Assembly (NCBI GenBank): GCA_963667115.1
Contig: OY763007.1
Location: 1,113,271-1,177,270, forward strand
Origin: Nitrospirales bacterium
Lineage (GTDB): Bacteria > Nitrospirota > Nitrospiria > Nitrospirales > UBA8639
Length of the DNA stretch: 64,000 nucleotides
Reading direction: 5' to 3'
A program made the translations under genes and the position numbers. Within the stretch, counting starts at the first letter, position 1. The number at the start of each line of letters is the position of its first letter. Below are positions 45,844 through 54,891 of this stretch, piece after piece. The notes under the pieces are model-generated. The model was not told the origin of the DNA. It made no database searches and was given only the letters and a program-made list of their open reading frames with translations.

Positions 45844-47250
45844 TTACCCTTTCCGCGTCCGTGTGCGACCCCGTCCTTTCACGACCCGCCCTGGCTGCCG
45901 GGCACTGCCGGGAGCCGGACGAGCCTTGCTGCCCTTGCTGTGTGAATCCTTCTTTGCCGGAGGACTCGTTGTCCGTACACGCGGCGGCACAGTATCCCTA
46001 TCCGGCCTCGACCTTTGCAAGTCGGACTGTGGCGCCTGCGCACGGACGTTCCGGGGCTTGGTCACCGGACGAGCCTTGCTGCCCTTGCTGCGTGAATCCT
46101 TCTTTGCCGGAGGACTCGTTGTCCGTACGCGCGGCGGCCCAGTATCTCTAGCCGGCCTCGACCTTTGCAATTCGGGCCGTGGGGCCTGCGCACGGACGTT
46201 CCGGGGCTTGGTCGCCGGACGAGCCTTGCTGCCCTTGCTGCGTGAATCCTTCTTTGCCGGAGGACTCGTTGTCCGTACGCGCGGCGGCCCAGTATCTCTA
46301 GCCGGCCTCGACCTTTGCAATTCGGGCCGTGGGGCCTGCGCACGGACGTTCCGGGGCTTGGTCACCGGACGAGCCTTGCTGCCCTTGCTGCGTGAATCCT
46401 TCTTTGCCGGAGGACTCGTTGTCCGTACGCGCGGCGGCCCAGTATCCCTAGCCGGTCTCGACCTTTGCAATTCGGACCGTGGGGCCTGCGCACGGACGTT
46501 CCGGGGCTTGGTCGTTCGATGAAGGATCTCCCGCAACGCATTGGCTTCGACGTCGGTTGCAAACCGGGACACGCCTGCGGGCAAATCTCCCAGGTCAAGC
46601 GGGCCGAAACGAATTCTTATGATGCGCATGACCCGATGGCCCAAGGCTTCGAGCATGCGCTTGATCTGATGCTTCCTGCCTTCGTGAATCGTGATCTCCA
46701 ACCATGAATTGGCCTTGGCCTTTCCGGATTTCCTGATCACGGCGGGAGCGGTCATCCCGTCGTCCAAGGCGATACCCTCTTCAAGATTTTGGATTTCCTC
46801 TTCCGTACAGACCCCCGAGACTTTGACCAAATACGTCTTCGGTACGTGGTACCGGGGATGGACGCATGCTTGCGCCACATTTCCATTATTCGTCAACAGC
46901 AACAGGCCTTCGGTGTCATAGTCCAGCCGGCCGACCGGAAAAACCCGCACTTTCACTTTCGCCACCAAATCCGCGATCGTAGGCCGGCCATACGGATCGT
47001 CCATCGTCGTCACGTAACCGGGTGGTTTATGCAGGAGAACGAAGACTTCGGGCTCGGACGGTTGCACGTGACGACCATCGATCTTCACGTGATCTTTCGA
47101 CGGATCGATACACGTTCCGAGGACACGCACGACTTTCCCGTTTACCGTCACGTGACCGTCCCTAATCATGGTTTCTGCCGCGCGCCGTGACGCTATCCCA
47201 CTGGCGGCAATGACTTTTTGTAATCGAACCATCATGGATTCCAACGGCAT
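45844..47250 (-). CDS. rluB: RluB-type rRNA pseudouridine synthase with an expanded repetitive basic C-terminal tail
   Basis: S4 domain (RLQKVIAASGIASRRAAE...), RsuA/RluB core (VFPVGRLDYDTEGLLLLTNNG...HPRY...KTYLV) and a tail of 4 x 50-aa repeats. Confidence 0.85.
   Translation of the reverse strand: MPLESMMVRLQKVIAASGIASRRAAETMIRDGHVTVNGKVVRVLGTCIDPSKDHVKIDGRHVQPSEPEVFVLLHKPPGYVTTMDDPYGRPTIADLVAKVKVRVFPVGRLDYDTEGLLLLTNNGNVAQACVHPRYHVPKTYLVKVSGVCTEEEIQNLEEGIALDDGMTAPAVIRKSGKAKANSWLEITIHEGRKHQIKRMLEALGHRVMRIIRIRFGPLDLGDLPAGVSRFATDVEANALREILHRTTKPRNVRAQAPRSELQRSRPARDTGPPRVRTTSPPAKKDSRSKGSKARPVTKPRNVRAQAPRPELQRSRPARDTGPPRVRTTSPPAKKDSRSKGSKARPATKPRNVRAQAPRPELQRSRPARDTGPPRVRTTSPPAKKDSRSKGSKARPVTKPRNVRAQAPQSDLQRSRPDRDTVPPRVRTTSPPAKKDSHSKGSKARPAPGSARQPGRVVKGRGRTRTRKG
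45917..46516. repeat. Tandem repeat, 4 x 150 bp, in frame within the rluB-like tail
   Basis: Units start at 45917, 46067, 46217 and 46367. Units 2 and 3 differ at a single base (GGTCGCC vs GGTCACC). Confidence 0.9.
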
Positions 47251-47309
47251 CTCTTTCACTGGCCCTTCCTCCCAAGGGGGGGGGCACAACCAAGTCGAAC
47301 CGATGTCAG

Positions 47310-48911
47310 TTATTCCCATTCAATCGTACTCGGTGGTTTGGAACTGATGTCATACACAACGCGATTCACCCCCGATACTTCGTTGATGATCCGGTTCGCC
47401 ACGTGTGCCAGAAAGGATTGCGGCAACGGCGCCCAATCCGCGGTCATGCCGTCCACACTGGTCACGGCTCGTAACCCGATAACGTGCTCATACGTCCGTT
47501 GATCACCCATCACCCCCACGGTACGAATCGGCAACAACACGGCAAACGCCTGCCACGTTTTCCGGTACAATCCCTGCGCCTTTAATTCATCGATAAACAC
47601 GGCATCTGCTTCACGGAGCATGTCTGCGCGAGCAGGCGTCACCGCGCCGAGAATGCGAATGGCTAAGCCAGGTCCCGGAAACGGATGACGATGCACCACG
47701 TCGTCCGGCAAACCCAGTTCCTTACCCAGAACTCGGACTTCATCCTTGAACAATTCCCGAAGCGGTTCGATCAATCGGAGTTTCATCCGTGCGGGAAGGC
47801 CTCCAACGTTGTGGTGCGACTTGATCGTCGCGGACGGCCCTTTGTGGCTGACACTTTCAATCACGTCGGGATAGAGCGTACCCTGGACCAGGTAACGCAC
47901 GTTGCCGATGTTCCGCGCTTCGCGTTCAAACGCCTTGATGAATTGACGCCCGATGATCTTGCGCTTTTTTTCCGGATCGGTCGTTCGACCCAATGCCTGT
48001 AAGAATTGCTTGGAGGCATCGACCATACGGTAGTTGAAGTGAAACGACCTGAACGTCTGCTTAAGCTGTTTGACTTCATCTTTCCGCATCACGCCGTTAT
48101 CGATAAACACACAGGTCAGCTGCTTCCCGATCGCCCGATGAGCCATGGCCGCCGCCACCATACTATCGACTCCCCCGCTCAGGGCACAGAGCACCTTCTC
48201 ACTCCCCACTTGTCCGCGAATCCGGTCGATAGAATCGTGCAGGAACGATCCCATGGTCCAGGTTGGCCTTGCCCCACAAATATGACGAACGAAATTTTTC
48301 AGAATCCGTGCGCCGTATGTGGTATGGGCGACTTCGGGGTGAAATTGCAGACCGTAGAGGCGATGTCTCCCATTGGCCGATTTCATCGCGGCAATGGGAG
48401 AATTCGTCGTCCGCGCAATGGCCCTGAAGCCGGACGGCAACGTTTCAATCCGGTCTCCGTGCGACATCCAGACCGAAAAGGGGGCCTTTTCGCCCAGCCC
48501 TCTGAATAAATCCGTTCTATCCCGAACGAGGAGTTCCGCGCGACCGAATTCCCTGTGTTTCGCCCGGCCGACTCGCCCCCCCATGGACTGCGCAATCAAT
48601 TGCATGCCGTAGCAAATGCCGAGAACCGGCACCCCTTCCTTCATAATCGCTTTCGACCATTCCGGACGCCCGGTACTCGTCACACTGGCCGGTCCGCCGG
48701 ACAAAATAATGCCTTTGGGACGATTCGCTCGAATCGTTTCCAGAGAAGCAGAGGAAGGCAGGATAATGGAATGAACGTGGGATTCGCGAATCCGGCGAGC
48801 AATCAGTTGGGTATATTGTGACCCGAAATCAAGAACGACGATCGTATCGTGACAGGACACCATGGATGACGACAGCGTTGTCGAAGTCGGGTCCTGGCTC
48901 ACGTTAGTCAA
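47310..48911 (-). CDS. guaA: GMP synthase (glutamine-hydrolysing)
   Basis: GATase ([10 protein letters not shown]), ATP-PPase SGGVDS and a C-terminal ...KPPSTIEWE. The start may be the internal Met at 48863. Confidence 0.95.
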   Translation of the reverse strand: MTNVSQDPTSTTLSSSMVSCHDTIVVLDFGSQYTQLIARRIRESHVHSIILPSSASLETIRANRPKGIILSGGPASVTSTGRPEWSKAIMKEGVPVLGICYGMQLIAQSMGGRVGRAKHREFGRAELLVRDRTDLFRGLGEKAPFSVWMSHGDRIETLPSGFRAIARTTNSPIAAMKSANGRHRLYGLQFHPEVAHTTYGARILKNFVRHICGARPTWTMGSFLHDSIDRIRGQVGSEKVLCALSGGVDSMVAAAMAHRAIGKQLTCVFIDNGVMRKDEVKQLKQTFRSFHFNYRMVDASKQFLQALGRTTDPEKKRKIIGRQFIKAFEREARNIGNVRYLVQGTLYPDVIESVSHKGPSATIKSHHNVGGLPARMKLRLIEPLRELFKDEVRVLGKELGLPDDVVHRHPFPGPGLAIRILGAVTPARADMLREADAVFIDELKAQGLYRKTWQAFAVLLPIRTVGVMGDQRTYEHVIGLRAVTSVDGMTADWAPLPQSFLAHVANRIINEVSGVNRVVYDISSKPPSTIEWE

Positions 48912-50373
48912 CGTCAGCCCTATAGTTGGGTGCCTCCTTGGTTATAACCACGTCATGAACGTGACCCTCTCTCAATCCGGCATTGGTTAAACGAATGAAC
49001 CTGGCATTTTGTTGCAACTCGGAAATGGACCGGCATCCGCAATATCCCATTCCGGCCTTCAGGCCACCCACCAATTGATACACCATATTGGACAGCAGAC
49101 CTTTGTAGGGCACACGGCCTTCGATTCCCTCCGGCACCAGCTTTGCCGCGGCCTGTCCTTCCTGCCGATAGCGGTCCCGGCCCCATCGTTCCAAGGCTCC
49201 AAGCGAACCCATGCCTCGATACTCCTTATAGGTGCGGCCCTGATACAAGACCGTTTCCCCCGGTGATTCTTCGGTTCCGGCAAACAGGGATCCGATCATC
49301 ACGGCAGATGCTCCCGCAGCCAAGGCTTTGGAGATATCGCCCGAGTATTTAATGCCCCCGTCGGCAAGAACAGGAACGCCGGTCCCGCTCAAGGCTTCGG
49401 CGCAATCGGCAATGGCCGTCAGTTGGGGGATGCCGGCTCCCGAGACGATCCGCGTCGTACAAATCGAGCCAGGTCCCACACCGACCTTCACCGCGTCCAC
49501 GCCCACGTCCAGAAGATCTTTGGCCGCTTCCGCCGTGCCGATGTTCCCGGCTATCACTTCCAACGACGCGTAGCGTTGTTTGATCGTTTTCACGGCATCA
49601 ATGACGCTCTGGGAATGACCGTGCGCCGTATCCACGACGATCATATCCACGCCGGCCTTGACCAGTCGCTCGACGCGTTCCGGCACGTCCTCTCCCACGC
49701 CGACGGCCGCGGCGACTCGTAGCCGGCCGTGGGTATCTTTGCAGGCGTTCGGGTATTTAATCTGTTTTTGAATGTCCTTGATCGTGATGAGCCCTTTGAG
49801 CTCGAATTCGTCGTTGACGACCGGCAATTTTTCAATCCGATGCTCGTGCAGGATTTCCCGGGCCTTGGCGAGACTCGTCCCCTCCGGCACCGTCACCAAC
49901 TGTTCTTGAGTCATCACCTGAGACACCGGCAAATCAAAACGAGACTCGAATCGCAAATCCCGATTGGTCAGAATACCCACCAGCTTTTTTTCTCTCGTGA
50001 CCGGGATACCGGAGATCCGATAAGTCGCCATAATCTCATGGGCATCACGAATGGTCTGATCCAGTGCGATCGTAATGGGATCGAGAATCATGCCACTCTC
50101 TGATTTTTTCACCTTATCGACTTCAAGGGCTTGCTGTTCAGGCGACATGGCCCGATGGAGAACCCCGATGCCTCCCTCCCGCGCCAACGCAATGGCCAAA
50201 CGACCTTCCGTCACGGTATCCATGGCGGCACTCAGAATCGGGATATTGATCGTAATGTGGCGCGAGACGTGTGTGGAACAATCCACGTCGCTCGGCATCA
50301 CCTCCGATTTGGCGGGCACCAAGACCACGTCGTCAAAGGTCAACCCGATTCGTGTTTTATCCCAGAGTGCCAT
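48904..50373 (-). CDS. guaB: IMP dehydrogenase
   Basis: ...[11 protein letters not shown]..., a CBS pair, ...[11 protein letters not shown]... and ...[16 protein letters not shown]. Confidence 0.95.
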   Translation of the reverse strand: MALWDKTRIGLTFDDVVLVPAKSEVMPSDVDCSTHVSRHITINIPILSAAMDTVTEGRLAIALAREGGIGVLHRAMSPEQQALEVDKVKKSESGMILDPITIALDQTIRDAHEIMATYRISGIPVTREKKLVGILTNRDLRFESRFDLPVSQVMTQEQLVTVPEGTSLAKAREILHEHRIEKLPVVNDEFELKGLITIKDIQKQIKYPNACKDTHGRLRVAAAVGVGEDVPERVERLVKAGVDMIVVDTAHGHSQSVIDAVKTIKQRYASLEVIAGNIGTAEAAKDLLDVGVDAVKVGVGPGSICTTRIVSGAGIPQLTAIADCAEALSGTGVPVLADGGIKYSGDISKALAAGASAVMIGSLFAGTEESPGETVLYQGRTYKEYRGMGSLGALERWGRDRYRQEGQAAAKLVPEGIEGRVPYKGLLSNMVYQLVGGLKAGMGYCGCRSISELQQNARFIRLTNAGLREGHVHDVVITKEAPNYRADVD

Positions 50374-50526
50374 CTGCGTGTTCCTCAGAAAATATACACC
50401 CCTATGAACGAGTCATCATGGGAGAAACCGTAAAGGTGTCGATGAACAAAAACCGGTGAGAAAAAAATGCGAAACTAGCTTACCAAGATTTTCCCAAAAA
50501 ATCGACGGGCTTAACGGCCAAAACTG

Positions 50527-50570
50527 AAAAAACAGGGCTCCCTGATGGGGCATGCCGCAATCACGGGAGC
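50527..50570 (-). terminator. Rho-independent terminator downstream of the NHL-repeat gene
   Basis: On the minus strand, a near-perfect long hairpin GCTCCCGTGATTGCGGCA/TGCCCCATCAGGGAGC is followed by CCTG and TTTTTT. It lies 28 nt after the stop. Confidence 0.55.
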
Positions 50571-50597
50571 TTTACTCAATCCATGGAGGTCAAGACG

Positions 50598-53582
50598 CTA
50601 TGACGCCTCTCCTTCCGGTAAGGCTGCCACTGTTTCCGCTTCGTCTCGCAGAAAGTCTTCGGCGTCTTCAGCCGGCATGAAATGTTGCACGCGCATATTG
50701 CCGCTATCGACCACGAAGACATGCCCTTTGTGATCAACCGCGAGCCCATAGGGAAAGTTGAATTGCCCCTCGGCATTACCGAATCCACCCCATTGGGTGA
50801 TGAAGTTTCCATCCCGATCGAGTTTTTGAATCCTCTGGTTTCCCGTGTCCGATATGTAGACGTCGCCCGCGCCGTCCACCGTGATCCCCCAGGGTGAACG
50901 GAATTGGCCCGGCTCCTGGGCTTGGGCGCTACTCGCGTGGCCCGGACTGGTCCCACCGCCCCATTTGGCGACGAGTTGCGGAAGGACGTTCGTACTGGTA
51001 TCGAACTTCTGGATTCGATGATTCCCCATATCCACGACGTAGACCATCCCGTCATTCTGATCGACGGCCACGCCCCGGGCAAAATAGAATTGCCCGTCAT
51101 TATTCCCGAAACTTCCCCACTGCATCACGAACTCACCCTCTTCATCGAACTTCTGGACGCGGAAATTGGCACTATCGACGACATACAGGTACCCACGCAC
51201 CCGGTCGACCGCCACGTCCCAGGGGGCATTAAACTGTCCTTCCCCATTCCCGCGACTACCGATTTTCGCGAGGTATTGGCCCAGTTTCCCATCGAATTTC
51301 TGCACGCGATGGTTACTGGTATCGCACACGTACACGTCACCTTTTCCATCGCATGCAATCCCCGTAGGGTTGTTGAAATTCCCATTGGCCGTGCCGAAAT
51401 TCCCCCACAGCAGGATGAAGTTGCCATTTCTGTCGAATTTTTGAACACGGGTGTTGCCGTTGTCGATCGCGAACAGGGAGCCCTGTTGATCGATAGCCAA
51501 TCCATAGAGCGGCGCCATAAATTCACCGCCGTGCAACAACGAGGCACCACGACCGGGTTTTCCCCATTTCGCCGTACACACGTACCCCGAGGTATTCAGC
51601 AAAATATTCGCACTGGCCGGAACCGAAATATTATTGCCGGCATCTTTAAACCAAACGTAGACCGTTTTGGGGCCGTCACCCGGCGATAACGTCAGGGGAA
51701 TCGTTGCCCCGAATTTTTGTTCAGGTTCAACTTCGATCCAACCCGGCAAGGTCGCACCTGGAGTCATGGGATTCTCGGAAATGAAATATCCCGTCACGCC
51801 GGTATCGACGTCCCTGGCTGAAATGGTCGCCACCACGTCCAACGAATTCGTCATGTACGCCCAGTGATTCAGGACGATATCCGGATTCTGCGGGGCAGCC
51901 ACGTCGATCAACACGGGCATGACTTCCTGTTCTTCCGACAGGGGGCCCTCGGCGTCATTCTCATCAACGCTCGTGAGCACATAGTAATAGGCCGTATTGT
52001 TCGTCAATCCGGAATGGATATAGGGACTCGTCACCCCTTCGATTCGAGTAGCCGTCTCTTTGGACACATCGGGAGCGGTACTGAAATAGAGGTTGTAGGA
52101 CACGGCGCCGGGCACCTCCATCCAACTGAGCATCGCCTCCGTATCTCCGGGTTTCCCCACCAACGGCGCGGCAAGCAGGCCACTCTCCGACTGTGAAACC
52201 TTGTCGGATTTTTCCGTCCCCCTGGCAAGTTCTTCCTCCGTGGGAGCAAACTTCAGGACCCGATAGTTCCCACTATCCACCACGTAGACATACCCTTCTT
52301 TATCCACCGCGATGCCGGAAGGAAAATTCACCTGGGCTTCCGTGAGCCCACGGTTGCCCCAGGAACACAAATAGGTTCCGTTCGAATCGAACTTTTGAAT
52401 CCGGTGGTTCCCGTTATCCACGACGTACACGTTGCCCAAGGCGTCGCAGGCCACGCCCCAGGGAGCTTTGAATTGTCCGATTCCGTTCCCTTCTCTCCCC
52501 CATTTCGCAAGGAAATTTCCACGGGAATCGAATTTTTGAATGCGATGATTGCCTTCATCGGCAACGTAAATATGACCGGCAAAATCGATCGTCAGGCCTC
52601 GTGGATAGAAAAAGGCGCCATCGAAGCTCCCGTCTTTTCCCCATTTGATCAAGGGAGTGCCGTCCGACTGGAATTTTTGGATACGAGCGTTACTCGTGTC
52701 CGAGACGTAGAGATTCCCTTGCTGATCCGTGGCCACCCCCCAGGGCACGTCAAACTGTCCGGCCTCGGCGCCTCGCCAGGCAAAACCGAATTTGCCCCAG
52801 GCACGCAAAAAATTCCCGTCAGGATCAAACTTCTGGACGCGGTTGTTTCCGCTGTCCGCCACGTACACGTGCCCTTCGGAAGAAGTCGCCAACCCTCTGG
52901 GATAATAGAATGTGCCTTCTTCCGAATCGGCTTCCCCGCCCCATCGAGCCAAAAATTTACCGTCCTTATCAAACTGTTGAATGGCATGATTATCGGTATC
53001 CGCCACGTAGATATTGCCATCGCTATCGAGGGCAATTCCCGTCGGTGAGCGAAATTCCCCGTCATCGACGCCTTCCTGCCCGAACTGCAGCACGGGCAAA
53101 TACGGTGAAGGGATCGACATGACTTCTTCCGATTCACGACTTTCTCCATCGGCGGTCACGACGGTGACCACGTAGTGGTAACACAAACCATTGGCTAGGT
53201 CGTTATGCGTGTAGGGACAGGAAGGACCTTCGATACAATTCCCTTTTTCCTTGGTCACCCCGAGAACAGGATTAAAATCGTCCTGACTCGCAATCGGACG
53301 AGTCAGTTCATTCGGCTTGATTTTGACCCCCGGAGAGGTCTGATAGTAAATGTTGTAGTACATCGCATCGGGCACGGCATCCCAACTCAGGGTAATAAAT
53401 CCATTTCCTGCAACGACCTTGACGCCAGAGGGCGGATCGGGCAGTTTCTCCTGATCGGCGTCTTCGCCTGCGCCCCAGTCATCTTCCAGACCTTCGACTC
53501 TTGAAACACACTGACCCCACTGCGGAATCAGATCACGATCTAACTCAAAAAAATCCTTCATGACACCCCTCATAATATTCAA
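50598..53582 (-). CDS. Large NHL-repeat beta-propeller protein with fibronectin-III-like modules
   Basis: Two blocks of repeats of the type F..P.G.A.D..GN.YV.D..N.R.Q.F...G.F...WG. Each is preceded by an FN3-like segment (...LSW..VP.A..Y..Y...). No N-terminal signal peptide is evident. Confidence 0.85.
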   Translation of the reverse strand: MNIMRGVMKDFFELDRDLIPQWGQCVSRVEGLEDDWGAGEDADQEKLPDPPSGVKVVAGNGFITLSWDAVPDAMYYNIYYQTSPGVKIKPNELTRPIASQDDFNPVLGVTKEKGNCIEGPSCPYTHNDLANGLCYHYVVTVVTADGESRESEEVMSIPSPYLPVLQFGQEGVDDGEFRSPTGIALDSDGNIYVADTDNHAIQQFDKDGKFLARWGGEADSEEGTFYYPRGLATSSEGHVYVADSGNNRVQKFDPDGNFLRAWGKFGFAWRGAEAGQFDVPWGVATDQQGNLYVSDTSNARIQKFQSDGTPLIKWGKDGSFDGAFFYPRGLTIDFAGHIYVADEGNHRIQKFDSRGNFLAKWGREGNGIGQFKAPWGVACDALGNVYVVDNGNHRIQKFDSNGTYLCSWGNRGLTEAQVNFPSGIAVDKEGYVYVVDSGNYRVLKFAPTEEELARGTEKSDKVSQSESGLLAAPLVGKPGDTEAMLSWMEVPGAVSYNLYFSTAPDVSKETATRIEGVTSPYIHSGLTNNTAYYYVLTSVDENDAEGPLSEEQEVMPVLIDVAAPQNPDIVLNHWAYMTNSLDVVATISARDVDTGVTGYFISENPMTPGATLPGWIEVEPEQKFGATIPLTLSPGDGPKTVYVWFKDAGNNISVPASANILLNTSGYVCTAKWGKPGRGASLLHGGEFMAPLYGLAIDQQGSLFAIDNGNTRVQKFDRNGNFILLWGNFGTANGNFNNPTGIACDGKGDVYVCDTSNHRVQKFDGKLGQYLAKIGSRGNGEGQFNAPWDVAVDRVRGYLYVVDSANFRVQKFDEEGEFVMQWGSFGNNDGQFYFARGVAVDQNDGMVYVVDMGNHRIQKFDTSTNVLPQLVAKWGGGTSPGHASSAQAQEPGQFRSPWGITVDGAGDVYISDTGNQRIQKLDRDGNFITQWGGFGNAEGQFNFPYGLAVDHKGHVFVVDSGNMRVQHFMPAEDAEDFLRDEAETVAALPEGEAS

Positions 53583-53791
53583 GTCATACTAAAGGTTTGT
53601 TCAATAGCTAGTTGATTTTGCGTATTTATTTTGATGCAGAAATAAAATTTTCAAATAAAACCAAATAGTTGCGAAAAAAATTCTAACAAGCCGCTATTCC
53701 CGAAGTCAAGAAGAGTGACAAGTCCGTTATTGTGGAACGCAGTGTTTTCCTGAATGCCTGCACATGATCCCATGGAGACCCAGGCATTGAT

Positions 53792-54508
53792 TTAATGAAG
53801 AACGCACGACAAACCCTGAAGATGGGCAATGCGCGGTATGGTTTCACTGTTTCCTGTCCCGCTTCGATCAAGGAGCACCCCCGATAAGTTGGCATTGGTG
53901 GCTCCCTCAAAGTCTTCCTTGGGATCATCACCCACGTGCATGGCCTCTTCCGGCTCAACCACGTGTTGATCCAAGGCATGCCGAAAGATCTTCGGAGACG
54001 GTTTGGCCGACCCGGCGAGACTGGAAATCGTGATGGAATCAAAAAAGCGCTCCAATCCTAACTCCCGGAAAATTTCAAAAAACCGCGTATCGAAATTGGA
54101 GATCACCCCAAGCTCATATCCTTGCGAGCGCAACTGCTGAAGAACGTCCGGCACTTCAGAATAAATTTCCCATGCATCTGCCGTGCTGAAGGCTTCATAG
54201 ACTTCATCGAAGTAGTCATCGAACCCGTCAAACATCCCAACGCGATAGAACGTTGCGTGCACAATGTCAAACCACCAGAGTCGTTCGCATTGCTTTAATT
54301 TTTCCGGTTGCTCTACGGCAAAAATCGGGGGGGGAGCTTGGCGAAAGGCGTCCTTGAACGCCTGGTTCACCTTGGCCACCATATCAACCGAACGCGGCAC
54401 GCCATACTTTTCCGCATGCCGGAGATAGACGTCCCCGACGGACCCCTTGACGTGAAACAGGGTTCCAACGGCATCAAAAAACACGACTTTTATGCGCGAT
54501 ACCGGCAT
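53792..54508 (-). CDS. HAD-superfamily hydrolase
   Basis: VVFFDAVGTLF (DxDxT-type motif I variant), ...ISNFD... and ...HVGDDPKEDFEGA. Confidence 0.8.
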   Translation of the reverse strand: MPVSRIKVVFFDAVGTLFHVKGSVGDVYLRHAEKYGVPRSVDMVAKVNQAFKDAFRQAPPPIFAVEQPEKLKQCERLWWFDIVHATFYRVGMFDGFDDYFDEVYEAFSTADAWEIYSEVPDVLQQLRSQGYELGVISNFDTRFFEIFRELGLERFFDSITISSLAGSAKPSPKIFRHALDQHVVEPEEAMHVGDDPKEDFEGATNANLSGVLLDRSGTGNSETIPRIAHLQGLSCVLH

Positions 54509-54602
54509 GTCGATGGAGTTAGGGAAGAGCAGGCTTGTCCCTGACCGGAGCGGGGATCTCATCGAGGAATCGCGCCGCTACAAGCGAGAAAAATGCAGGC
54601 GC

Positions 54603-54713
54603 TTATTTTTTGGTGCCGGTTTTGCGTTGTGCTTGCTCAAGTGCCTTCAAGCGTTCTTGATTCTTTCGGTGTTTGCGACGAAGTTCTCGATCTTTTTCTC
54701 GTCCTCTTGGCAT
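54603..54713 (-). CDS. Possible small, highly basic protein (36 aa)
   Basis: GGGAGA lies 7 nt before the ATG. The product is MPRGREKDRELRRKHRKNQERLKALEQAQRKTGTKK. The ORF sits between the divergent valS and HAD genes. Confidence 0.3.
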   Translation of the reverse strand: MPRGREKDRELRRKHRKNQERLKALEQAQRKTGTKK

Positions 54714-54891
54714 CCGAATTTCTCCCTGGTCCTGCCTTGGTGTGATCGTCAATAACTCAGTAGAATTCTCTGTAAAACCATGAGCAAGTTTTAGCATATT
54801 CATTCCCGTGGAAACAAGCAGGGCTTTGCTTGCGAGGATATACCCTCTCCATGCTAAGATTTTTGGCTTTGTCAGCACGAGTTTCATCCTT

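Noticed and set aside
45917-46516. The regular 150-bp repeats might be a CRISPR-like array or a non-coding satellite.
   Set aside because: The units are directly abutting with no unique spacers. They lie in frame inside a long ORF continuous with a pseudouridine synthase core. No cas genes are nearby.
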